Of a stretch of DNA of 42,287 bases, positions 27,218-35,137 are shown piece after piece. The stretch spans positions 1 through 42,287 of IMG/VR virus record IMGVR_UViG_3300037608_000246; one strand, given 5' to 3'. Position 1 is the stretch's first letter, and each line of letters starts with the position of its first letter. The translations under genes were made by a program, and so were the position numbers. The notes under the pieces were generated by a model that was not told where the DNA came from, did no database searches, and saw only the letters and a program-made list of their open reading frames with translations. The stretch comes from a virus (taxonomy: Duplodnaviria > Caudoviricetes).

Positions 27218-29197
27218 CTAGATGGTATCCAGAATGTTGGGATTTTGTTGAATTGCGGCCTGTTCCTCAGGAGACAGAGCTCCAATTACTCGGCTCATGT
27301 CGAGCCCTCCAGTGCCTCCCTCGTCAATTGGTTCCTGAGGTGCAGACTGCATCATAGCTTGCATGATATAGGTCATGTGCTCCTGAACATGTAAATCGAT
27401 GACCTGTTGCTCGTCTGGGCTCATACCCATGTACTCTTCGCCCTTGCGGAACTTGTTGTGCTGGGCGACGTGCACCTCGTGGTGGAAGAAGTCTCTGGTG
27501 ATCGGACTCAAATCAAGCTTCGCCCACGCAGCGTTTTCATTGAGTGCCTGCTGAACGTCAATCTCAAGGCCATCATAGAGGTCGTCGGTAATACCTAGTT
27601 CCAGCATGCGAATGATCAGATCGCGATCCATCTGTGGATTCAGGACGCCCATCGAGATCAACTCTAGGATATACTGCTTGCGCGCTGCACTAGAAAGCTG
27701 AGTCAGGCTCATGTCCTCAAAGCGCACGTCCGTTGAGGTGAGGTCAGAGCCCCTGAACTCCAGTGCTTCCATGCGCTTGTTCTGTCCGACGATTTGTACA
27801 GTACGCATCTCATTGTATTTATAACGCACGATCTTGAGCAAGTAACTCATATATTTCTGTTTCCAGCGGCCATACTTAGCTACAGTCGGCGCGAGTTTCG
27901 TATCGTCCTGCTCCTGTAATAGTTGGATAGCCACACCAGAGTTGACTCCTGTCGGCGTGGATCCGTGGCTGACTTCCTGTTGTGAGGAGATGAACATCAT
28001 CTCTTCAATGCACTGCTCAATATTTTTGTAGACATCGGATCCAAGGCTGGCGGGCTGGAGCATGATCGGAGGCTGGAAGCCCGGTCTATACCAAATGACC
28101 GTACCCGGCGCTGAGTTAATTTCATCATCGATGATACCACCGAACTCCGCAGCCCATTTAGGGTTTGCCATGAGATTCTTGTTCTCGATGATCTGGCTCC
28201 TGCTCTTGTTGTACTCCCTCTGAACAGGAATCAGCTGTTCTGTGACACTGGTGCCGATGATCTTACCCGGAACCGGAATGTGAATCAGAGGGAAGATTGG
28301 GATATCGCGATCGGTAATGTCCTCTTCGCCAAATCCGATGTCCTCTTCATAGAAGAGCTCGACGCCCCCGGCGATAGTGATCCTGCGACCCTTCGGATAT
28401 TCTTTGCTCGGCCGCTCCCAGTACTCCTTGACCATAGCACTGTTCTTAGCCTTGATTGATTGTCCGCTGAACAGATTGGATCCTGCGGTCAGGCTCTTGA
28501 GCTTTCCATCGTAGACGTTCGATGCGGTCAGGCTGTCATCCGCTGACACATCCTTACCGTAAACTGACTTGATGTACTCTATTGTTCTCTGCCGCTCGTG
28601 AATCACCCAACGTGTTTCATTCCACCTCGAGGCGGTCGGATCCCATTTGATCTCAAAAAGATTAAGCACCTCAATGTCCACGTCACCTGTCTTTACTGGC
28701 TTGCCGTCCTCAGTCGCGATCGTAAGCCCCTTGCCCGGATTCCACACAGGCTTAACAAAGCCGATGCGACTCACCAATGCCCACATGACTGCCTCTTCAT
28801 CGATCTCCTGTAACTTGAGCTCATACTCAAGCCACTCTACGACTTTGTCGGCAATTCGAGCTGCGCGGATGTCAGCCTCTTCCGTTGAAGCAGGTATGAC
28901 GACTTTGCTCAACTTGTGCCGCAGAACCTTCGAGAGCTCATTTCGAACGGCTGGCATGATGCGGTTTGCGGTGTACTGCGTCTGCCACTCTTCACGAGGA
29001 AGTGGCACAATCTGTCTCGCAGTCTTACTCATCGCGATCCACTGGTGCCCAGCGTAGTAGGCCAGCTGGACGTATGACTGCAGATCTTCTTCAGAATGTG
29101 TACCCTCCACCGACCTTTCATCAATCAACTTACACCGTTCAATCTGTTCTGGCGTTTGGGCGTCTTTATCAGGTTTCATGCGTTCTACACTGCCCAT
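27218..29197 (-). CDS. Portal protein (P22-like)
   Basis: 659 aa after the terminase; YYAGHQW, NRIMP, A..A.K...W and SGVAIQLLQEQD motifs. Confidence 0.85.
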   Translation of the reverse strand: MGSVERMKPDKDAQTPEQIERCKLIDERSVEGTHSEEDLQSYVQLAYYAGHQWIAMSKTARQIVPLPREEWQTQYTANRIMPAVRNELSKVLRHKLSKVVIPASTEEADIRAARIADKVVEWLEYELKLQEIDEEAVMWALVSRIGFVKPVWNPGKGLTIATEDGKPVKTGDVDIEVLNLFEIKWDPTASRWNETRWVIHERQRTIEYIKSVYGKDVSADDSLTASNVYDGKLKSLTAGSNLFSGQSIKAKNSAMVKEYWERPSKEYPKGRRITIAGGVELFYEEDIGFGEEDITDRDIPIFPLIHIPVPGKIIGTSVTEQLIPVQREYNKSRSQIIENKNLMANPKWAAEFGGIIDDEINSAPGTVIWYRPGFQPPIMLQPASLGSDVYKNIEQCIEEMMFISSQQEVSHGSTPTGVNSGVAIQLLQEQDDTKLAPTVAKYGRWKQKYMSYLLKIVRYKYNEMRTVQIVGQNKRMEALEFRGSDLTSTDVRFEDMSLTQLSSAARKQYILELISMGVLNPQMDRDLIIRMLELGITDDLYDGLEIDVQQALNENAAWAKLDLSPITRDFFHHEVHVAQHNKFRKGEEYMGMSPDEQQVIDLHVQEHMTYIMQAMMQSAPQEPIDEGGTGGLDMSRVIGALSPEEQAAIQQNPNILDTI

Positions 29198-29210
29198 GAA
29201 CTACCTCCTG

Positions 29211-29495
29211 TTAGAGGACTGCCTGACTGCGGCGGTCGTCTCCATATTCATATCCATTAGACACGACAGCGACGATTTCACAACCATCCACGTCCTCCAT
29301 TCGCTTTGCATAACACCCGATTGCCAGTAACGTCGGATTCAACTCACAGAGGTTGTTGAGAGCCTCTGCCTCATTTCTGGCAACGGTTCTGTATTTCAGT
29401 TCACCAAATCCACCTTCCCACACTGGAACAAAGCTGTATTCTTGATCTGCACCAATGACATCCTCGTCTATGATTTCTTGCTTCTTTGTTGCCAT
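29211..29495 (-). CDS. Hypothetical protein
   Basis: 94 aa, AGGAG RBS, in the operon between terminase and portal. Confidence 0.6.
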   Translation of the reverse strand: MATKKQEIIDEDVIGADQEYSFVPVWEGGFGELKYRTVARNEAEALNNLCELNPTLLAIGCYAKRMEDVDGCEIVAVVSNGYEYGDDRRSQAVL

Positions 29496-29507
29496 GCCTC
29501 ATTCCTC

Positions 29508-29747
29508 CTAAAGTGGTATCAACTCATCCTTTGTTGGTTCAGCATCTCTGCGTTTTGGCGGTTCTGCTGTAACTGCCTTATACTCAGGAAGATCTCTTGA
29601 CTGTATCCGATCAAGCAGCCGTTGACGTTCAATTTCAGCCATCTTCAGCATGAATTCTCTCTCCTTCTGCCAGCGCAGATCTGAAAACATGAACATGGCC
29701 ATGAACAGGATAATCAGAATCGTCAATATTATAAACTCCGGCTTCAT
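29508..29747 (-). CDS. Small membrane-anchored protein
   Basis: 79 aa, N-terminal FIILTILIILFMAMFMF; 4-bp overlap with the terL stop. Confidence 0.65.
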   Translation of the reverse strand: MKPEFIILTILIILFMAMFMFSDLRWQKEREFMLKMAEIERQRLLDRIQSRDLPEYKAVTAEPPKRRDAEPTKDELIPL

Positions 29748-31255
29748 ACCTGATGATATCCCCCTCTCTTCTTGTTGCGATGTTTGATTAGCTCATCCAA
29801 ATGATCGTCAATTCGTCTAGCGAGGGCTTCTTCAGCATCCTTTGGCGGTGGCTGTGGCGGATCACGATGATCAGTGAAGTAGATCAGTCGATTCAGCGCC
29901 TGTGTTGTTTGATCCACTTCATCATCGTTGGCTCCATTTGGGAATGCACAGAGCTCGTCCATATATTCAACCACCCATGGCGCTATCTCAGCATCCGGAA
30001 GATAGACATTACCTGACTCAAAGGCAGGAGAAACCGCGTTTGCTCTGGCAATTTTTCCACCGTCAGGGTTGACAGCAAGAATTCCCGGCACGCGTGTCCT
30101 GAGAAGCTGCACCACTGCCGGACCGTTCGCTTTATCTTCAATAAGCTTCAGCATGGCTTTGGGCCACTTTTTTGTCATCTGCATTATAACATCACAGGTA
30201 GCTGGCAGATCCAATCGTTCCTTGATTCGGTCAAGTAGATAATACTCTGCTCCAATACGCCCCCAGACACCACCCGCTACAAAGTCAGATCCGTCAGAGT
30301 CCTTAAAGGCACAGTCCCAGCTTTGTATGATCTCATCAAAATATTCCGGCCGCTTGTTGTAGAACTTGAACCACGAGCGTTTGAAGAGATTGCCCTCTGC
30401 AGCGGTCGGTCTGCCCTGAAACAGCGACTGCCATACGCGGGATCCTTCTTTGGTCAGATACACGGGCTTGAATTCTGCAAGCCATTCATTATCCTTACCT
30501 AGAACTGCACCAAGGGCTTCACCCACTTCGCGATTAAGCGGATCGTTCTCTTCTGCCTCACACGGCAGATTGATATATATGGCGCGTCTACCTTCGTTCT
30601 TGAGGATCCTTGCCACAAGATCATCCTCATGCCAGCGGGTCATAATTACGATGGTCTTTCCTTTAGCTGACAGCCGCGTCCTGATGGAATTCAACCATTC
30701 ATCCCAAACGCGTTCTCTGTATACCTCAGACTCTGCTTCCTGACGGTTTTTTACCGGATCATCAATCAAGATGAGATCTCCCGGGTTGCCTGTGATAGAT
30801 CCACCCACACCTCTCGAAAGCATGGAACCTATACCGTTGTCGAGCTCCCACTCATCCTGAGCGCTTGTAACCTTTGAGACCCTCACATCGAAGAGCTTTT
30901 CGCCAAACTCATTGATTTTTTCTTTGTTTCGCCGACCAAACTTCCGGGCGAAATCTTCATTGTAGCTGACCTCTATCACTCGCCAGGTCTTGTATTTGCC
31001 AAGAACCCATGAAGGCAGAGTTTCGGTTATCGACATTGACTTGCCGTGCTGTGGCGGAAGTGAGATGCACAGGATCATGATCTCAGTGCCATCCTCGTTC
31101 CTCAGCTTTCCCTCAAGAAAATTCTGGACGGTATCACAAATGTAAATCAGATATGGTGCTTCGATCCATCTGCCTCTGTGAACATATTTGACATACTCCC
31201 AGTAGCGGATCTTCGCAAGCTGCGCTCGGACTTCGTCCAATGTTGGAATCTTCAT
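29744..31255 (-). CDS. terL: Terminase large subunit
   Basis: Walker A PPQHGKS, Walker B LILIDDP, MTRWHEDDL, nuclease motifs SWDCA, IEDKANG, FPNGANDDEVD. Confidence 0.96.
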   Translation of the reverse strand: MKIPTLDEVRAQLAKIRYWEYVKYVHRGRWIEAPYLIYICDTVQNFLEGKLRNEDGTEIMILCISLPPQHGKSMSITETLPSWVLGKYKTWRVIEVSYNEDFARKFGRRNKEKINEFGEKLFDVRVSKVTSAQDEWELDNGIGSMLSRGVGGSITGNPGDLILIDDPVKNRQEAESEVYRERVWDEWLNSIRTRLSAKGKTIVIMTRWHEDDLVARILKNEGRRAIYINLPCEAEENDPLNREVGEALGAVLGKDNEWLAEFKPVYLTKEGSRVWQSLFQGRPTAAEGNLFKRSWFKFYNKRPEYFDEIIQSWDCAFKDSDGSDFVAGGVWGRIGAEYYLLDRIKERLDLPATCDVIMQMTKKWPKAMLKLIEDKANGPAVVQLLRTRVPGILAVNPDGGKIARANAVSPAFESGNVYLPDAEIAPWVVEYMDELCAFPNGANDDEVDQTTQALNRLIYFTDHRDPPQPPPKDAEEALARRIDDHLDELIKHRNKKRGGYHQV

Positions 31256-31767
31256 TTCGTTATCAGAATGGCTTCTATGGCCTTCAGCTGTTCCTCCGAA
31301 AGATCATCCATACTATGTTTTAACTCGATAGGATTTCCAGGCTGGCCGCCCATATTGACGTTCTGAGTCACCTTGTTATCCCATTGGCCATTCTCAGGTG
31401 TTGTATTATTCATCAGCGCAAAGATCACACCGTTGTTGTTACCGAGCCTGTGGAGCTTTGCCTCCCACTGTTCTTCAATGCGCATCCTTGCGTCTCTTAG
31501 TACGGGTGCGAACTCGTCACGATCCATATAATTTAGAATCGCCTGTCTGCCGCTGAGGCCTATCGCACGCGCCAGACCTGTCCAAGTGTAGGGCTGAGGA
31601 TCCGGATAGGTTCGTACAATCGCATTTGGGCCAGTCCCTACCAGCGCGGTCGTTACATGACTGTCCTGTGCATTAAAATAAGCGTCCACTTTCTTTTTGA
31701 GCGATTTAGCATTCTTTAGCTTATAATTTCCGAAGTTTCCAGGGTTTTTCATCTTATTTTCGTCCAC
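31252..31767 (-). CDS. terS: Terminase small subunit (P22 gp3-like DNA-packaging protein)
   Basis: VDAYF, YTWTGLARAIG..RQAILNY and GVIFALMN motifs; overlaps the terL start. Confidence 0.85.
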   Translation of the reverse strand: MDENKMKNPGNFGNYKLKNAKSLKKKVDAYFNAQDSHVTTALVGTGPNAIVRTYPDPQPYTWTGLARAIGLSGRQAILNYMDRDEFAPVLRDARMRIEEQWEAKLHRLGNNNGVIFALMNNTTPENGQWDNKVTQNVNMGGQPGNPIELKHSMDDLSEEQLKAIEAILITK

Positions 31768-31791
31768 TCTGCCAGCCTCCCTTCACCAATC

Positions 31792-31823
31792 ATTATATTT
31801 CGTGAGGCAATTTGAACCCGCAA
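31792..31823 (-). promoter_or_regulatory. Late promoter TTGCGG-N20-TATAAT upstream of terS
   Basis: TTGCGG (31818-31823), 20 bp, TATAAT (31792-31797). Confidence 0.7.
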
Positions 31824-31872
31824 CGGTCACTTTAAGGATCTTTCATTTCTTCAATTATTTAATATTTTATTC

Positions 31873-31908
31873 AAAAAAAGTTAATGCCAAGGCGTCAACC
31901 TCGGCATT
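31873..31908 (-). terminator. Terminator ending the early/replication operon
   Basis: AATGCCGAGG-ttgacg-CCTTGGCATT followed by a 7-T run on the minus strand. Confidence 0.75.
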
Positions 31909-31927
31909 TTCAACTATGTTCACACTT

Positions 31928-32230
31928 CTACCTCACCCATTTAGGATTTCCGGCAGGGCGTGTTTTTAGTTTGTACTTCTTCAACTTCTTGCTAATGCAT
32001 CCTATTGAACAGAAGCACCGCTCCGCCATTTGCCTAACTGTAAGACCTTGAGCAATCATTCGTCTGAGCAATTTTTCAGTGATGACTACTTCTCCGCTCC
32101 TCCATCGTTCAGCCATGATCAGTCTGTGAATCTGGTATCTGGATAAACCAGTGAGTTCGGCAAGATCATTGAGCGTAGAACCTTGTTTATGTCTCCACCA
32201 GAGTTGCCCTGGCGTCATGTGATTACTCAT
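31928..32230 (-). CDS. Tandem-HTH protein, candidate late-gene activator
   Basis: Two HTH-like units (GSTLNDLAELTGLSRYQIHRLI; GLTVRQMAERCFCSIGCISKKL); last early gene before terS. Confidence 0.65.
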   Translation of the reverse strand: MSNHMTPGQLWWRHKQGSTLNDLAELTGLSRYQIHRLIMAERWRSGEVVITEKLLRRMIAQGLTVRQMAERCFCSIGCISKKLKKYKLKTRPAGNPKWVR

Positions 32231-32254
32231 CCAACAATACCTCGCTCTCTTTAA

Positions 32255-32689
32255 CTAAAACGGCACCTCATCATCTCCGAAGTTAGCGGCGGCAAAATCA
32301 TCCTCGTACTGATCAGGTATTGCCGGACTTTCCTGTCTCTCAGTTTTTTCTGCTTTATCAAGAAATGCCAGGTTATGCGCAGTTACCTCGGTGGTATACC
32401 TGGTCTCTCCTGATGGTGTCTTATATGACCCCGTCGTAATTGATCCTTCTACAGCAACTCTTTTGCCTTTTGTCAGATATTGAGAGGCTGTCTCTGCAAG
32501 CTTCCCCCATGTGTTGATCTTTATGAAGTCTGCTGTAGGGATCCCTTTCTGCTGCATTTCGGTTTTCTTGTCCTTGCTTAAATTCTTATCAACTGCCAAG
32601 GTAAAACTTGTGACGGCTCTACCTGTACTTGCAATATTCCTAAGTTCTGGATCCTTCGTCAGACGTCCGATTAAAGATACATGATTCAT
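32255..32689 (-). CDS. ssb: Single-stranded DNA-binding protein
   Basis: MNHVSLIGRLTKDPELR, ADFI...WGKLAE, acidic tail DDEVPF. Confidence 0.96.
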   Translation of the reverse strand: MNHVSLIGRLTKDPELRNIASTGRAVTSFTLAVDKNLSKDKKTEMQQKGIPTADFIKINTWGKLAETASQYLTKGKRVAVEGSITTGSYKTPSGETRYTTEVTAHNLAFLDKAEKTERQESPAIPDQYEDDFAAANFGDDEVPF

Positions 32690-32787
32690 TTTTTTCCTCC
32701 TCGTTCGTAATATATGCCAAATGCGTACTTTTTCTTCACCCTGCTACCATTATTCCTTCGCATAAGCCCCCAACTGTGAACTCTTCA

Positions 32788-33168
32788 TTATCCCATCGGT
32801 TCGATCAATATCTCTGTTCTTGGAAAATCCTTATCATACAACACCCTGCTACCATCATGACCAGCGATGATATTAGCATTATCATCCTCAAACAACCCAT
32901 GATGAACCATGGCGTCATCTACAGCATTCAAGAGGTTAGGCAGATCTACCCGTCTCTTAGTTGGCATATAGAACAAACATTTTACATTGACCCGGCTATT
33001 GATCCCTCTTGGTAATGTAAACGCCGTCAAGAAGACCTGACAGTTTTGCAGGTATTCGTCATAGGCTTCTGAAGGTGAAACGAATGGTTTATTATTTGTC
33101 CTATTTCTTCTTATCTGCATTGAATTCTTCTTGGTTCGTGGTGTGAATGGCAATACGATCTTTATCAT
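32788..33168 (-). CDS. rusA: RusA-family Holliday junction resolvase
   Basis: RRVDLPNL..AVDDAM...FEDDN and PRTEILI motifs. Confidence 0.85.
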   Translation of the reverse strand: MIKIVLPFTPRTKKNSMQIRRNRTNNKPFVSPSEAYDEYLQNCQVFLTAFTLPRGINSRVNVKCLFYMPTKRRVDLPNLLNAVDDAMVHHGLFEDDNANIIAGHDGSRVLYDKDFPRTEILIEPMG

Positions 33169-33685
33169 TTCTGCCTCTCTTTTCTCTCAGGATCTTTTCG
33201 AAGTCTTCAACATTGGATCTTGATGACTCGAAATTATGGAAGCCGTTTTTGGTCTTCGATTTTGGTTTTTCGCTATATATATTTCTTAAAGATTCTTTTC
33301 TTTCTTTAGTTGTTGTTATTTGAGTGTCCGTTTGCGTGTTGCGTTGTTTGTTATTTTCCTGATCGCCATCCTGATATAATGTATATTTTTCAATGGTTAT
33401 GACGGTAAATTTGTTTGTTGTTTTGACTGTTATTTCGTTTGTTGATTTCAATTTATCTAATGCAGTCCTAACTTGCTGAATTGATAGGCCTGTTTCACTT
33501 GCAAGATTACCGTAAGAAGTGATAAATTCACCTCTTTTTATACTATGTCCCTTCCAAATATTCTCTCGAAAGTTTGCCTTAAGAAGGATGTGAATGAACA
33601 GAATGAGTACGTTTTTCTCGTCGTACCATTCCCAATCCAGCATTTTTCTATGGATTTTGATCCATCCATTAAGCTTTTCCGCCAT
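33101..33685 (-). CDS. Phage replication initiator (replisome organiser-like, wHTH)
   Basis: GWIKIHRKMLDWEWY, RGEFITSY..LASETGLS..QVRTAL..L; N/T/Q-rich linker with short repeats. Confidence 0.8.
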   Translation of the reverse strand: MAEKLNGWIKIHRKMLDWEWYDEKNVLILFIHILLKANFRENIWKGHSIKRGEFITSYGNLASETGLSIQQVRTALDKLKSTNEITVKTTNKFTVITIEKYTLYQDGDQENNKQRNTQTDTQITTTKERKESLRNIYSEKPKSKTKNGFHNFESSRSNVEDFEKILREKRGRNDKDRIAIHTTNQEEFNADKKK

Positions 33686-33701
33686 CGTCCATTCACACCC
33701 C

Positions 33702-34427
33702 CTAAAACTCCATTAGTAACCCCGGTTCTGCAACTAAGGTCTCAATACCCGTACGCATGTTGATTCTGTTTCGAAAGGTCTCAGGCTCAGAATTATTGTC
33801 TGACGTGTGAAGCAACATGATCCTTTTAGTCCTAACAAGATCAGATGCCATTAAAAAAGCTTCAACATCACTTATTTCGAAATGAGACTGCTTGGCGCGC
33901 TTTGCAATCTTCGGATGGATCTTCCCATCTCTTACATTACGCTCAAGGATCTCAAGGTCATAATTAGCTTCTACCAGAAAACAGTCAATCGCTTTAAACT
34001 TGTATTTCAGAAAGTAGGTGTCAGTTGCAAAAACGACTCTCTGTTTGAGATCCCTGGATTCAATCAGAAAACCAAGAGGCTCACTGGCATCATGCTGAAC
34101 CAGAAAGGGAAGCACATCGAACTCTCCGATAGATATAGGCTTATTCACCTCCAGAACGCGCGCATTCCGGTTTATAGCCCCAATAGTATCTAATGTTCCC
34201 TTGCTGGCATACACATCCATACTGAGGTTAAGAAGTTCTTTCACAGCTGATGCATGATCAAGGTGTTCGTGACTGACGAGTACCCCGACGACCTTTGAAA
34301 TATCATGCCCCAGACCTTCAAGGACCTTTCTTTTGGGGACGCCTGCCTCGATCAGCAGGACGTCCCTCGCTCCACTTAAAATGTAGCAGTTTCCTTTCGA
34401 ACCACTCGCGATGACCTTTATTTTCAT
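33702..34427 (-). CDS. MBL-fold metallo-hydrolase (recombination exonuclease)
   Basis: SGSKGNCY, SHEHLDH, HDA, ATDT, EANY and LLHTS motifs. Confidence 0.9.
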   Translation of the reverse strand: MKIKVIASGSKGNCYILSGARDVLLIEAGVPKRKVLEGLGHDISKVVGVLVSHEHLDHASAVKELLNLSMDVYASKGTLDTIGAINRNARVLEVNKPISIGEFDVLPFLVQHDASEPLGFLIESRDLKQRVVFATDTYFLKYKFKAIDCFLVEANYDLEILERNVRDGKIHPKIAKRAKQSHFEISDVEAFLMASDLVRTKRIMLLHTSDNNSEPETFRNRINMRTGIETLVAEPGLLMEF

Positions 34428-35137
34428 CTGAGTTCTGGAGGGATGTCGTCATCCTCGTCAGTCAAGGACATTTGATGATCCTCCTGTATTTCTGCAACAG
34501 GCTCTGGTGCGCTGAAATCCTCGAAATCGAGAGGTATTGAATTAGCCTGATCTTTATCACTCTCAACAACCTGAAAGCTGTCAGAAGGCATTTCAATCAA
34601 TTCGTCTCTGGAGTAAAGACCATACAGAATATCTGAGCAGTACAGTCGACCGAAGAAACTGGCGGCGCGGTAGCGAATCATGACTTCGGGCATGGTTTTC
34701 CACTTTGATCCGTTCTTGTCGATCCATCCTTCAGCTTTCGCCATTGCCATAGTGATTGCCGGACCGGTTATTGTGTTTCCTTCACTGTCGGTTGCATAAG
34801 CATAGCAGGAAAGCGAATCGCCTTTTCCTGATATCTCAAACTTGAGCGGCCCTTTATATCTCTTTGATCCATTGATCAGACCAGTGATCATCGAACTGCT
34901 CCAGCCGGGCTTTCCATTTACTATATAGGTGTTCTGCATGATCATGAAGACCGGCATTTTGACTCTGTCGCTCATTTCAAGTGCGATTAGACAGTTAGCG
35001 GGGTTATTTTGATATTCTCTCGGAACGATTGTGCTTTTGGCCAAAGCAACCGCCATTTGCTTGGCGGCCTCAAAGTTTTCAATGCTGCTGAATACCGAAA
35101 GGCTCTTCGTTTCGACTTGCATGAGTTCGTTGGACAT
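34424..35137 (-). CDS. Single-strand annealing protein (RecT/Red-beta-like)
   Basis: LAKSTIVPREYQNNPANCLIA, YIVNGKP, AKAEGW..K.GSKWKTMPEVM..YRA; acidic tail. Confidence 0.75.
   Translation of the reverse strand: MSNELMQVETKSLSVFSSIENFEAAKQMAVALAKSTIVPREYQNNPANCLIALEMSDRVKMPVFMIMQNTYIVNGKPGWSSSMITGLINGSKRYKGPLKFEISGKGDSLSCYAYATDSEGNTITGPAITMAMAKAEGWIDKNGSKWKTMPEVMIRYRAASFFGRLYCSDILYGLYSRDELIEMPSDSFQVVESDKDQANSIPLDFEDFSAPEPVAEIQEDHQMSLTDEDDDIPPELR

Noticed and set aside
32690-32787. Small gene between rusA and ssb
   Set aside because: Only very short frames (under 20 codons) without convincing starts; possibly a gene remnant
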